The notes under the pieces: model-generated | Databases searched by the model: none | Told to the model about the DNA's origin: nothing | What the model saw: only the letters and a program-made list of their open reading frames with translations | Shown: positions 21,029-30,086 of the stretch, piece after piece | How the letters are laid out: every line of letters starts with the position of its first letter | Numbering within the stretch: position 1 is the stretch's first letter | Sequence record: SRR20825006_493 | Reading direction: 5' to 3' (one strand) | Length of the DNA stretch: 43,474 nucleotides | Translations under genes and position numbers: made by a program

Positions 21029-22468
21029 ATGAAAACTAAACTCCTATACTTTTTTGTAACCAGTTTTTTAATCTTATCGTCATGCTCAAACAATGATGAT
21101 AGTTCTACTACCCTCCCAGAACCTACCACTCCAGAAGCTGGAGAAGTAACCCCTTTAGATCTCACAAAATATGAGAGCGGAAACAATGTAATGATGCAAA
21201 CCTTCTATTGGGATGTAGAACCAAGAGGAGATTGGTGGGATATTTTGAGCGAAAAAGTAGCTGGTTGGGCAGATGCAGGAGTAGATCGCCTTTGGTTACC
21301 AGTTGCCACTAAAGGTCAGTCTGGAGGTTACTCTATGGGGTACGACCCTTCAGATTATTTTGATTTTGGGGAATATGAACAACATGGAACTACAGAAACA
21401 CGATTTGGAAGTAGAACCGAATTAGAAAATTTAATCAAAAAAGCGCACGAAAATAATCTTGAAGTTATTGCAGACATTGTAATAAATCATAATTCTGGTG
21501 GTGGCGAAGAGTACAATCCGTATAGAGATAAAAATACCTATACTTTATTTGATGAAACTCATGGAAATGCTTCAGGATTATTCAATAGAAATTACGAAAA
21601 TTTTTATCCTAACAGCACTAGTAATTATGACGAAGGAAGTCTTTTTTATGCTGAACAGAACTTGGATCATAACCAAGATTATGTTCAAAATTGGCTTTGG
21701 AAACAAGATAATTCTGTAGCAAAATACTATAAAAATACTATGGGATTTGATGGCTGGCGTTTTGATTATGTTTTAGGGTATGAGCCATGGATTGTAAAAG
21801 CCTGGCTTGATGAAGTAGGCGGATTTTCTGTAGCCGAATTATGGGATGGTAATCCCGTAGTTTTAAAAAAATACATTGAAGAAACAGGAAGTAATGTATT
21901 CGATTTTTCTACTTTCTATAAACTCGAAGAAGCTTTAGACCGATATGAAGATCTGACTTATTTAGACAAAGAAATGCTTTGGCAAACCTACCCTGAAAAA
22001 GCAGTCACTTTTACCGCTAATCACGATACCGAAAAAGATAGCAATGAAGATAACTTTATAATGGCCGAAAATAAATTAATAGCCTATGCTTACATTTTAA
22101 CACACCCTGGCTATCCTACAATTTTTTATTCTGATTATGAAAATGGAGCTTTTCAAGAAGAAATAAAACAACTTATAACAATTCATAACAGTTTGGCAAT
22201 TGGGGAAACGGAAATTTTATATGTTGATGCAGACGAATATATTATGAAAAGAAAAGGAACATCCGAAAATCCAGGTCTTATTATTTATATAAATACTTCT
22301 GACACTACTAAAAGACGTACCGTTAAAAGCAATTGGACAAGCAGTACATTAATAGATTACTCTTTAAATTCCACATATGCTCCTTACGCTAAAGAAGATG
22401 GAGAAGTGAATTTAGAAGCACCTGGAAAAGGTTATGCTGTATGGTCTACCACTACTCCACAGGAGTAA
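21029..22468 (+). CDS. GH13 alpha-amylase lipoprotein, GH13_7 (archaeal Thermococcales-like) type
   Basis: Lipobox LSSC; VMMQTFYWDV, SGGYSMGYDPSDYFDFGEY..GTTETRFGS, GWRFDYV (Asp), AELWD (Glu), AVTFTANHDT (Asp). Confidence 0.9.
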   Translation: MKTKLLYFFVTSFLILSSCSNNDDSSTTLPEPTTPEAGEVTPLDLTKYESGNNVMMQTFYWDVEPRGDWWDILSEKVAGWADAGVDRLWLPVATKGQSGGYSMGYDPSDYFDFGEYEQHGTTETRFGSRTELENLIKKAHENNLEVIADIVINHNSGGGEEYNPYRDKNTYTLFDETHGNASGLFNRNYENFYPNSTSNYDEGSLFYAEQNLDHNQDYVQNWLWKQDNSVAKYYKNTMGFDGWRFDYVLGYEPWIVKAWLDEVGGFSVAELWDGNPVVLKKYIEETGSNVFDFSTFYKLEEALDRYEDLTYLDKEMLWQTYPEKAVTFTANHDTEKDSNEDNFIMAENKLIAYAYILTHPGYPTIFYSDYENGAFQEEIKQLITIHNSLAIGETEILYVDADEYIMKRKGTSENPGLIIYINTSDTTKRRTVKSNWTSSTLIDYSLNSTYAPYAKEDGEVNLEAPGKGYAVWSTTTPQE

Positions 22469-22525
22469 GAAATTTTTTTTTAAAATACACATTTTTCAAA
22501 ATGCTTAAACGCTTTTGAAGTTAGC

Positions 22526-22560
22526 AACGGAGAACTATTAGGTTCTCCGTTTTATTTTTC
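22526..22560 (+). terminator. Intrinsic terminator ending the susCDE-amylase unit
   Basis: AACGGAGAAC / GTTCTCCGTT stem with a 6-nt loop, followed by TTATTTTT. Confidence 0.85.
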
Positions 22561-22783
22561 TTCAACTTAAATTTTAACAGTATTTACTACATTTAATAAT
22601 ATAACAAAATACTAAGATAAAAAATATCAATGTTAAAATTATATGCATTTTTTTTACTATATTCACACTATATTATTATAATTTAACAATTATCTGATAA
22701 TCCTTTTTCAACACAAGCTAACTGGAAAAAAGATTACTCATTGTTAAATAAAGCTAACTATTTGAACTTTAAAATTTAATTGT

Positions 22784-25700
22784 ATGAAGAACAATTTAAT
22801 CAAAGGCTTAGCCTTGGTTGGAGCATTTCTGTGTTTCAGCATGGCTAAAGCCCAGACTGTGAGTGGAACAGTCTCTGACGCTACTGGTCCTCTCCCAGGG
22901 GCAAACGTTCTAGTAAAAGGAACATCCAATGGAACACAAACAGATTTTGACGGAAATTACACTTTAGACAATGTGGATGCCACAGCTACTTTAGTGTTTA
23001 GCTATGTTGGATTTACATCTAAAGAAGTAGCTGTTAATGGGCAATCTACTATTAACGCAACACTTACTGAAGACGCGCAGGCTTTAGATGAAGTAGTAGT
23101 TATTGGATACGGTACTACTACTAAAAAAGATGCAACAGGAGCAGTTGCGGTAGTTAATTCTGAAGATTTTAACCAAGGGGTTATTGCCTCTCCAGAGCAA
23201 CTTATTCAAGGTAAAACCGCTGGGGTTCAAATTACTCAAACAAGTGGGGAGCCTGGTGCTGGGGTTCAAGTTAGAATTAGAGGTACGGCCTCTGTTCGTT
23301 CTAACAACAACCCTCTATTTGTTGTTGATGGAGTACCGCTTGCAGGAGGAAATACTGCAGCAGACGGTGCAGATTTAGGAGCGGGAACTAGCTCTGCTAA
23401 AAACCCACTTAACTTCTTAAATCCTAATGACATTGAAAGCATGACCGTTTTAAAAGACGCTTCGGCAACTGCTATTTACGGTTCTCGTGCTGCAAATGGA
23501 GTAATTATTATTACTACTAAAACAGGAAAAGCAGGTCAAGGAGGGAAATTTGAATTCTCTTCAAACACCAGTGTTTCAGTAGCTGCAAAAAAATATGATT
23601 TACTTGACAGAGAACAATATTTAGGCGCTATTACCCAATATGGTGGTGACGCTAATTCATTAGATTTTGGTGCAGATACAGATTGGCAAGACTATTTATT
23701 AAGAACTGCCTTTTCAACAGATCAAAATATTGCTTACTCAAACAACTATGGCTCTGGATTTGTAAGAGCTTCTTTTAGTTATGGTGATCAAAATGGAATA
23801 ATTAAAAACTCCTCGCAGGAAAGAATTACTGGTAGGTTAAATTTATCTCAACGTTTTTTAGACGATAAATTGAAACTTGATTTTAATGGAACCATCTCAA
23901 GAATAAATGATGATGCTCCTATGATTACTAATACTGCTGGTTCCACTGGAGATTTATTAGGAGCCACTTATTTTGCTAATCCAACTTGGCCTACAGATCC
24001 TTCTTTTTCAACTGGTAGTGATTTAATTCCTTCTCAGGCCTTAAACTATTTTAAAGACCAGACCAATACAAACAGATATTTAGCAAATATTTCTGCAGAA
24101 TATGAAATTATTGATGGGTTAAAAGCAAAAGTAAACCTTGGATATGATGAATCTTCTGCTGATAAAAATCAAGCACTTTCTGGAAATATTTCTGGATTAA
24201 GTAATGGTGCTCCTGTTAACGGTAGAGGTTTTTTTGCTGAAAACTATAATAAAAACACTCTTTTAGATGCAACCTTGAATTATGTAACGGAATTTGAAAA
24301 TTCTAAACTTGAAGTATTAGTTGGATATTCCTTTCAGAGCTTTAAAGCCGCTGGTAAAACAATTCAAGGATTTGGATATTCTTCTACAAATATGGATGAA
24401 ATGTTTGATGAGCTAGAAATATCAAGAAATATAATAGAAAATTCTATTACAGGTTCATATCAACAGTATGGTTTTGATTCAGATGGATTATTTGTTAATA
24501 GACTATTTCCTGATGTCTCAAGTAACGAACAACTTACTCCTCCATCAAACGTGCCGTTGGCAGCTGTAACTGGCGACACATATAATAACACAGATGAATT
24601 ACAATCGTATTTTGGAAGACTTAATTATACACTATTCCAAAAATTCATTTTCACCTTCACTTTAAGAGCCGATGGTTCTTCAAGGTTTGGTCCAGATAAC
24701 AGCTATGGATACTTCCCTTCCGGTGCTTTTGCATGGAGACTAGATGAAGAAGATTTTATTGGAGAATCTTTTTCAACACTTAAACTTCGTCTAGGATACG
24801 GTATCACTGGTAATCAAGATGGCATAGGATATGGTAACTTTACATACAGACAACGTTTTGGAGGTATTGGTATAGGAAATGGTGGAGATGTAAACCCACC
24901 TACTCTAGGACTAGTTGCATTTCCTCAATCGGGTCTTAAGTGGGAAGAAACAGCGCAAGCTAATATAGGTTTTGATTTTGGATTTATGGATGAACGCCTA
25001 AATGGTAGTATTGATCTTTATCATAAAACCACAAACGATTTACTACTAAAACAAGAAGCAGCACAACCTTCTCCGCAACCTTTTTACTTTGATAATGTAG
25101 ATGCTGACGTTATTAATAAAGGAATTGAATTTGCTATTAATTACGATTTTATTCAAACCGATAACCTAAACTGGAATGTGGGCTTTAACATAGCTTATAA
25201 TGACAATATGGTGAAAAATTTTGATGGCCAAATTCAAACAGGAGCTATTAGCGGTAATGGACTAACTGGAGCATATGCTCAGTTATTAACCGGTGGTCAT
25301 CCTTTATTCTCCTACTATTTAAGAGAATTTGGAGGATATGATCAAAACGGAATTTCTATTTACCCAAATGGAGATATTCAAGAATTTGTAGGGAAAAGTG
25401 CTTTGCCAAAAGTAACTTCTGGTCTCTCTACCAGTTTATCATATAAGAATTGGGATTTCAATGCATTCTTTACGGGTCAGTTTGGTCAATATCTATATAA
25501 CAATAATGCCAATGCATTCTTTACTGCTGGTATTATTGGGGGTGGAAAAAATGTTACAGAAGATGTATTAACTAATGGAGAGTCTGCTGCAAATGCACCT
25601 GATGTTTCTACAAGATTTTTAGAAAAAGGAGATTTTGTTAGACTTCAAAATGCTTCTATTGGATACAGCTTCCCTATTAAAAAAGATTGGTTCCTTGATG

Positions 25701-25873
25701 CATTAAGATTTAACGTAACTGGACAAAATTTATTTGTAATTACAGATTACTCTGGCTTAGATCCAGAAGTAAATACGCCAAAGCCTTTAAACGACATTCC
25801 TTCTCTAGGAATAGACTACACAAGTTTTCCAAGGCCAAGAACGATTACGTTTGGTATTAATGCAACATTTTAA
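22784..25873 (+). CDS. susC: Second SusC/RagA TonB-dependent transporter
   Basis: Signal peptide; LDEVVVIGYG, NPNDIESMTVLKDASATAIYGSRAANGVIIITTK; C-terminal FPRPRTITFGINATF. Confidence 0.96.
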   Translation: MKNNLIKGLALVGAFLCFSMAKAQTVSGTVSDATGPLPGANVLVKGTSNGTQTDFDGNYTLDNVDATATLVFSYVGFTSKEVAVNGQSTINATLTEDAQALDEVVVIGYGTTTKKDATGAVAVVNSEDFNQGVIASPEQLIQGKTAGVQITQTSGEPGAGVQVRIRGTASVRSNNNPLFVVDGVPLAGGNTAADGADLGAGTSSAKNPLNFLNPNDIESMTVLKDASATAIYGSRAANGVIIITTKTGKAGQGGKFEFSSNTSVSVAAKKYDLLDREQYLGAITQYGGDANSLDFGADTDWQDYLLRTAFSTDQNIAYSNNYGSGFVRASFSYGDQNGIIKNSSQERITGRLNLSQRFLDDKLKLDFNGTISRINDDAPMITNTAGSTGDLLGATYFANPTWPTDPSFSTGSDLIPSQALNYFKDQTNTNRYLANISAEYEIIDGLKAKVNLGYDESSADKNQALSGNISGLSNGAPVNGRGFFAENYNKNTLLDATLNYVTEFENSKLEVLVGYSFQSFKAAGKTIQGFGYSSTNMDEMFDELEISRNIIENSITGSYQQYGFDSDGLFVNRLFPDVSSNEQLTPPSNVPLAAVTGDTYNNTDELQSYFGRLNYTLFQKFIFTFTLRADGSSRFGPDNSYGYFPSGAFAWRLDEEDFIGESFSTLKLRLGYGITGNQDGIGYGNFTYRQRFGGIGIGNGGDVNPPTLGLVAFPQSGLKWEETAQANIGFDFGFMDERLNGSIDLYHKTTNDLLLKQEAAQPSPQPFYFDNVDADVINKGIEFAINYDFIQTDNLNWNVGFNIAYNDNMVKNFDGQIQTGAISGNGLTGAYAQLLTGGHPLFSYYLREFGGYDQNGISIYPNGDIQEFVGKSALPKVTSGLSTSLSYKNWDFNAFFTGQFGQYLYNNNANAFFTAGIIGGGKNVTEDVLTNGESAANAPDVSTRFLEKGDFVRLQNASIGYSFPIKKDWFLDALRFNVTGQNLFVITDYSGLDPEVNTPKPLNDIPSLGIDYTSFPRPRTITFGINATF

Positions 25874-25884
25874 AAAATTGATTT

Positions 25885-27465
25885 ATGAAAACATATAAAA
25901 TATATAATCTATTAATAGCTGCTCTCCTCCTTGGGATAACTGGATGTACAGATCTGGAGATTGAAGAGACGGATTCTCGGTTTCCAAATTTATCTGGAGA
26001 ATTTACGGGAGTTGATGCAGCTGGAAGTTTGGAAAACTTGTATAACTCTGTAAGAAGTCAAGTTCAAACACAAGAAAACATGTATGGTATCACCGAAGTA
26101 TCATCAGATGAATTTTTGGTTCCTACAAGAGGAACAGATTGGGGAGATAATGGAGTATGGAGAACATTACATAGCCATACTTGGAGTACAACTCACAATC
26201 TTATCAAAAATACATGGAATGAATTAAATTCAAATGTATATAATGCATCTACTATTATTGATCCTTTAAGTGAACCTACACCTCAACAAGCAGCTGAAGC
26301 TAAATTTATTAGAGCTTATAGCATGTTTTGGTTAATCGACCTTTTTGGGCAAGTGCCTTTTAGAAGTCCTCAAGATGGTCCTGATGTAACTCCTTCAGTA
26401 ATGACAAGAGTAGAAGCTTTTGATTTTGCTGTTAAGGACTTAACGGAAGCTATCCCTGCTCTACCTAGCACTGGCCCTGGAGATGGTTTAGTAAAGGCAT
26501 CTAAAGCATCAGCTCGTTATTTACTTGCTAAACTAATGCTAAATAAACACATTTACACTGGAGCAGGTTCTCCAAATGCAGCTGATATGACACAAGTTGT
26601 TGATTTGGTAAACGCAATTCAAGGAGATGGTTTTGCACTTCAACAGGGATATTTTGAACTTTTCACAAGCGATACTGATAACGAAACAATATTTTTTACT
26701 ACTTCCGACATAGGGTCTCGTATTTGGAATGGATTACATTACAACCAAGGAGCTCCAGATAACACTGGTGGTGGATGGAATGGATTTACAACTCTTGCTG
26801 AATTTTACGATTTATTCGAAGGCGATCCTAATGTAAACACCCCTGGATCTGGACAAGAGGAACGAAGAGGTTTTGTCCCTACTGGAGGTGTAGCAGCAAC
26901 TGGAGATGATATAGATGCTGATGGAGATGGAATAAAAGATGGTTCTAATATTGGTTATGGTTTCCTTATCGGACAACAATTCGGTCCTAAAGGAGAACAG
27001 CTTAAAAACCGACAAGGGAACCCTCTTTCTTATACTAAAGACTTACCAGGACTTTTAGGTAACAATGAAGTAACTGGAATTAGAGTTCTTAAATACAGTC
27101 CAGAAAATGGTTCTTTTGCTAACCATATGGTGCTATTTAGATATGCCGATGCACATTTAATGAAGGCTGAAGCTATTATGCGTGGAGGTACTTCTTCTGG
27201 AGAAGATGCACTTACTTTAGTAAATGATTTAAGAACACTTAGAGGCGCAACCCCTTTTGGCTCATTAACAGAAGAAAACTTGTTGGATGAAAGAGGTAGA
27301 GAATTGTATGGCGAATATTGGAGAAGAAACGATTTAATTCGCTTCGGAAAATTTAATGACACATGGGAGTTTAAAGATAATACTGAAGCGTTTAGAGTAT
27401 TATTCCCTATTCCTGAAACTGCTATTATTACTAATCCTAACCTAACTCAAAACGAAGGTTACTAA
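25885..27465 (+). CDS. susD: Second SusD/RagB lipoprotein
   Basis: Lipobox ITGC; PTRGTDWGDNG, EAKFIRA, FRYADAHLMKAEA, LDERGRELYGEYWRRNDLIRFG, NPNLTQNEGY. Confidence 0.95.
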   Translation: MKTYKIYNLLIAALLLGITGCTDLEIEETDSRFPNLSGEFTGVDAAGSLENLYNSVRSQVQTQENMYGITEVSSDEFLVPTRGTDWGDNGVWRTLHSHTWSTTHNLIKNTWNELNSNVYNASTIIDPLSEPTPQQAAEAKFIRAYSMFWLIDLFGQVPFRSPQDGPDVTPSVMTRVEAFDFAVKDLTEAIPALPSTGPGDGLVKASKASARYLLAKLMLNKHIYTGAGSPNAADMTQVVDLVNAIQGDGFALQQGYFELFTSDTDNETIFFTTSDIGSRIWNGLHYNQGAPDNTGGGWNGFTTLAEFYDLFEGDPNVNTPGSGQEERRGFVPTGGVAATGDDIDADGDGIKDGSNIGYGFLIGQQFGPKGEQLKNRQGNPLSYTKDLPGLLGNNEVTGIRVLKYSPENGSFANHMVLFRYADAHLMKAEAIMRGGTSSGEDALTLVNDLRTLRGATPFGSLTEENLLDERGRELYGEYWRRNDLIRFGKFNDTWEFKDNTEAFRVLFPIPETAIITNPNLTQNEGY

Positions 27466-27494
27466 ATAGAGTTTTTAACTATTTTTGAACATGC

Positions 27495-27520
27495 AAAACG
27501 CCTCTTCATAGAGGCGTTTT
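27495..27520. terminator. Bidirectional intrinsic terminator between susD2 and the response regulator
   Basis: AAAACGCCTCT-TCAT-AGAGGCGTTTT perfect 11-bp stem between convergent genes. Confidence 0.88.
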
Positions 27521-28207
27521 CTATTCTGTTAACTTTAATAGAAATCCTTTATTATGGATATTTTCAATAGCTATTGTAGCATCTTTACTTAAATATTTTC
27601 GAAGATGAGAAATAAATACATTTAAACTCTTTCGGTTAAAATAATCATTTTCTCCCCAGATACTTGTTAGAATATCTTTATGCGGCGCTAATTCATTTTT
27701 ACGCCTCCATAAAAACAGTAACAATTCACTTTCCCTTGAGGTTAGTGAAATAATCTCTTCCTCAAATTTTAACTGCTGAAGCTTAGGATTAAAAATATAC
27801 CGCCCAATTTGGATTTCATTAAAATTTTCTTCATTACTAGTAACTTGCAACCTTGATAACAACGTCTGTATTCTAACTACCAATTCTTCTTCATCAATCG
27901 GTTTCTTTAAATAATCTACTGCTCCTAAAGAAAACCCTTTTAAAACATCAATTTTTAAAGAACGTGCTGTTAAAAATATAAAAGGAACAGATGGGTATAA
28001 ATCTCTAATTTTTTCTGCCAATGTAAATCCGTCCATTTCTGGCATCATTACATCTAAAATTAGTAAATCGAAATTCTCTTTTTCCAGAATTGCCAAAGCC
28101 TTGACTCCATTGGTAACCCAATGCAATTGAAAATTCTTCATTTTTAAATATTCACTCAGTAAATACCCAAGGGAATTATCATCTTCTACTAATAATATTT
28201 TATTCAT
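27521..28207 (-). CDS. OmpR/PhoB-family response regulator (RprY-like)
   Basis: KILLVEDD, LLILDVMMPEMDG, FLTA, DYLKKP receiver domain; winged helix LTSRESELL..IWG..SLNVFISHLRKYL..IHNKGF. Confidence 0.94.
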   Translation of the reverse strand: MNKILLVEDDNSLGYLLSEYLKMKNFQLHWVTNGVKALAILEKENFDLLILDVMMPEMDGFTLAEKIRDLYPSVPFIFLTARSLKIDVLKGFSLGAVDYLKKPIDEEELVVRIQTLLSRLQVTSNEENFNEIQIGRYIFNPKLQQLKFEEEIISLTSRESELLLFLWRRKNELAPHKDILTSIWGENDYFNRKSLNVFISHLRKYLSKDATIAIENIHNKGFLLKLTE

Positions 28208-28242
28208 TTCCTTTTTGTTTCATTTTAACACTTCTTAGGCTT

Positions 28243-29520
28243 TTACCGAGGTAATTGATGGGGTACTTTAATTGTAACTACAGTTCCTTCGTTAATTTTA
28301 CTTTTCAAAAACACCTTCCCTTTATGCAAGCGTATTACTTGCTTTACATAACTTAGTCCAAGACCGTAGCCTCGCACTTTATGGAGATCGCCAGAGATTA
28401 TTCTATGATACTTTTTAAAAACATTCTTCAATTCATTTTCTGCAATTCCAATTCCATTATCCTTCACTTCAACATACATTTGATTGCCCTTTGTAACCGC
28501 TGTTAATCTTATTACTGGTTTACCTTCAGAATATTTCTTGGCATTATCTAATAAATTATTAATGGCATTCTCTAAATGATTTGGTTCACACAAAATCCAA
28601 TACGCTCCATCTTGAAGTTCATATTCAAAATCTATATTTTCCAAATTGGATAATTTAGAAAAAGAAGTTGCCAAGGAAAGTAAATTAGGTCTAAAATCTG
28701 TTAATTGTAAATCCATCACACTTTTTCTACTCTCCAAACCTGCCAAGTCCAAAACCTTTTCAATTTGAACTTTCAATTTATTATTTTGCTCTCTAATAAT
28801 AGCTACAATTGGCTTTGTTTCGTCAGTAGCTTTTTCAGACAACAATTTGGTAGCAAGCCCTATTGAAAAAACAGGAGTTTTTAATTCGTGTGTAAGGTTA
28901 TTTATAAAATCATTGGTAGTAGTTATAACACTCCGCTGCCAATAAAGCGATCGTAACACCCATATTACAACGAGAATAATAGCTATTATAAAAATTAAAC
29001 TCGGAATAGTTAAGCCATTTAATTGTGAAAGAAAATAATTATTCAAATCTTCAAACTGAAGCTCTAAAATTAATCGTTCATTTATTTTTTCAGGTAAATA
29101 TCCACTAAGAACTATCGGAAATTTAAGCTGCTCTTCATCGGAAACTTTATAATTAGGAGATGTTAAATATACAGTGGAATCGTTTTTAAAAAGACGGTAA
29201 TTAAATTCAGATTTAATTCCACTTTGCATCAATCGGTCTACTAAAAAATCATTCAAAAAATAACGAGAAGCATCTTGAATGCTATCTACACTCATCTTAA
29301 AATAGGAACTGTCTTTGGTAATAGCCTGTTCCATTAAAAAAGTTAGTTCATTTTGGTGATTCAAATCTTGCTTAATAGCTTGTACCGCCTGCCCTGCTTT
29401 AGAATTAAATTGAACCTTTGCTAAATTCAATCCAACTTTTAAGTATTGATATTGAATAAAAGCCAACCCAATTACCGAAATAATGAAAATTATAATATAT
29501 CCTTTTTTGAAATTGAGCAT
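28243..29520 (-). CDS. Membrane sensor histidine kinase (2 TM, HisKA + HATPase)
   Basis: FINNLTHELKTP H-box, NLLDNAKKYS N-box, DNGIGI G1, GYGLGLSYV G2. Confidence 0.94.
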   Translation of the reverse strand: MLNFKKGYIIIFIISVIGLAFIQYQYLKVGLNLAKVQFNSKAGQAVQAIKQDLNHQNELTFLMEQAITKDSSYFKMSVDSIQDASRYFLNDFLVDRLMQSGIKSEFNYRLFKNDSTVYLTSPNYKVSDEEQLKFPIVLSGYLPEKINERLILELQFEDLNNYFLSQLNGLTIPSLIFIIAIILVVIWVLRSLYWQRSVITTTNDFINNLTHELKTPVFSIGLATKLLSEKATDETKPIVAIIREQNNKLKVQIEKVLDLAGLESRKSVMDLQLTDFRPNLLSLATSFSKLSNLENIDFEYELQDGAYWILCEPNHLENAINNLLDNAKKYSEGKPVIRLTAVTKGNQMYVEVKDNGIGIAENELKNVFKKYHRIISGDLHKVRGYGLGLSYVKQVIRLHKGKVFLKSKINEGTVVTIKVPHQLPR

Positions 29521-29570
29521 ACTTACTAACTTAACAATCTGCCACAGCAGAAATTTATAGGCATTATTAC

Positions 29571-29608
29571 CTCAGAAAGGGTTTAATACCTCAAGGCTTC
29601 CCTCGAAG
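29571..29608 (-). repeat. Dispersed REP/MITE-like repeat fragment
   Basis: Reverse complement CTTCGAGGGAAGCCTTGAGGTATTAAACCCTTTCTGAG aligns with 40012-40050 TTTCGACAAAAAGCGTCGAGGAACTAAACCCTCTGTGAG. Confidence 0.6.
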
Positions 29609-29707
29609 TTCTTGATTTAAACAAATCTAAAAAATAAATCGACTTATGGCCTCTCTCATTTTAAATATCACTTTATGAGAACTATAATTTATAAAAATCT
29701 GTAACTC

Positions 29708-29766
29708 ATTAAGCTATTATTAATCTAATTAACCTTTCATTAATCTTTTTCATTTATCATTAACCT
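29708..29766 (+). promoter_or_regulatory. Phased ATTAANCT direct repeats, candidate OmpR-family binding boxes
   Basis: Copies start at 29708, 29719, 29728, 29739 and 29759 (spacing 11/9/11/20), upstream of and divergent from the kinase gene. Confidence 0.55.
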
Positions 29767-29796
29767 CAACATATATAAAACCTTACTATTTTAGTA

Positions 29797-29870
29797 GTGT
29801 TCAAAATAGTTTAAATAATTCTTCAACAATTAACTATGAAAAAAGCTAGCTTTCAAGTTAGCTTTTTTTA
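29797..29870 (+). ncRNA. Candidate small RNA (or 11-aa micro-ORF transcript)
   Basis: TATTTTAG -7-like element at 29787-29794, about 45 nt of AT-rich body, then a terminator with no upstream plus-strand gene to terminate. Confidence 0.35.
29839..29869 (+). terminator. Orphan intrinsic terminator
   Basis: AAAAAAGCTAGCT-TTCA-AGTTAGCTTTTTT with one G-U pair and a T7 tail. Confidence 0.8.
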
Positions 29871-29991
29871 ATGTAAAACTTTCTCGGAGCTTGTCTAATC
29901 AAAGTTAGATGGACTAGTCAACGAGATAGTATAAAAAAGTTAGAACATTTCAATGCAAATTCTCTGGCAAAATCAGGACAGGCTTTGAAAT

Positions 29992-30015
29992 ATTTAAATC
30001 TCGATTATTGAGTAA
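29992..30015 (+). repeat. Dispersed repeat fragment shared with the window start
   Basis: ATTTAAATCTCGATTATTGAGTAA versus 6-29 ATTCAAATCTCGATTATCGAGTAA (22/24 identical; the 6-29 copy forms a CTCGA-TTA-TCGAG hairpin). Confidence 0.75.
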
Positions 30016-30086
30016 GGCAATAACTAAAAACAAATTAACTACCTTGGGATAAACCCACGAAGGATTTAAAAAACGACTATATAATT

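Noticed and set aside
15241-25873. Recent duplication or invertible shuffling between susC1 and susC2
   Set aside because: Similarity is limited to universally conserved plug and N-terminal motifs, both genes are in the same orientation, and no recombinase or long inverted repeats were seen
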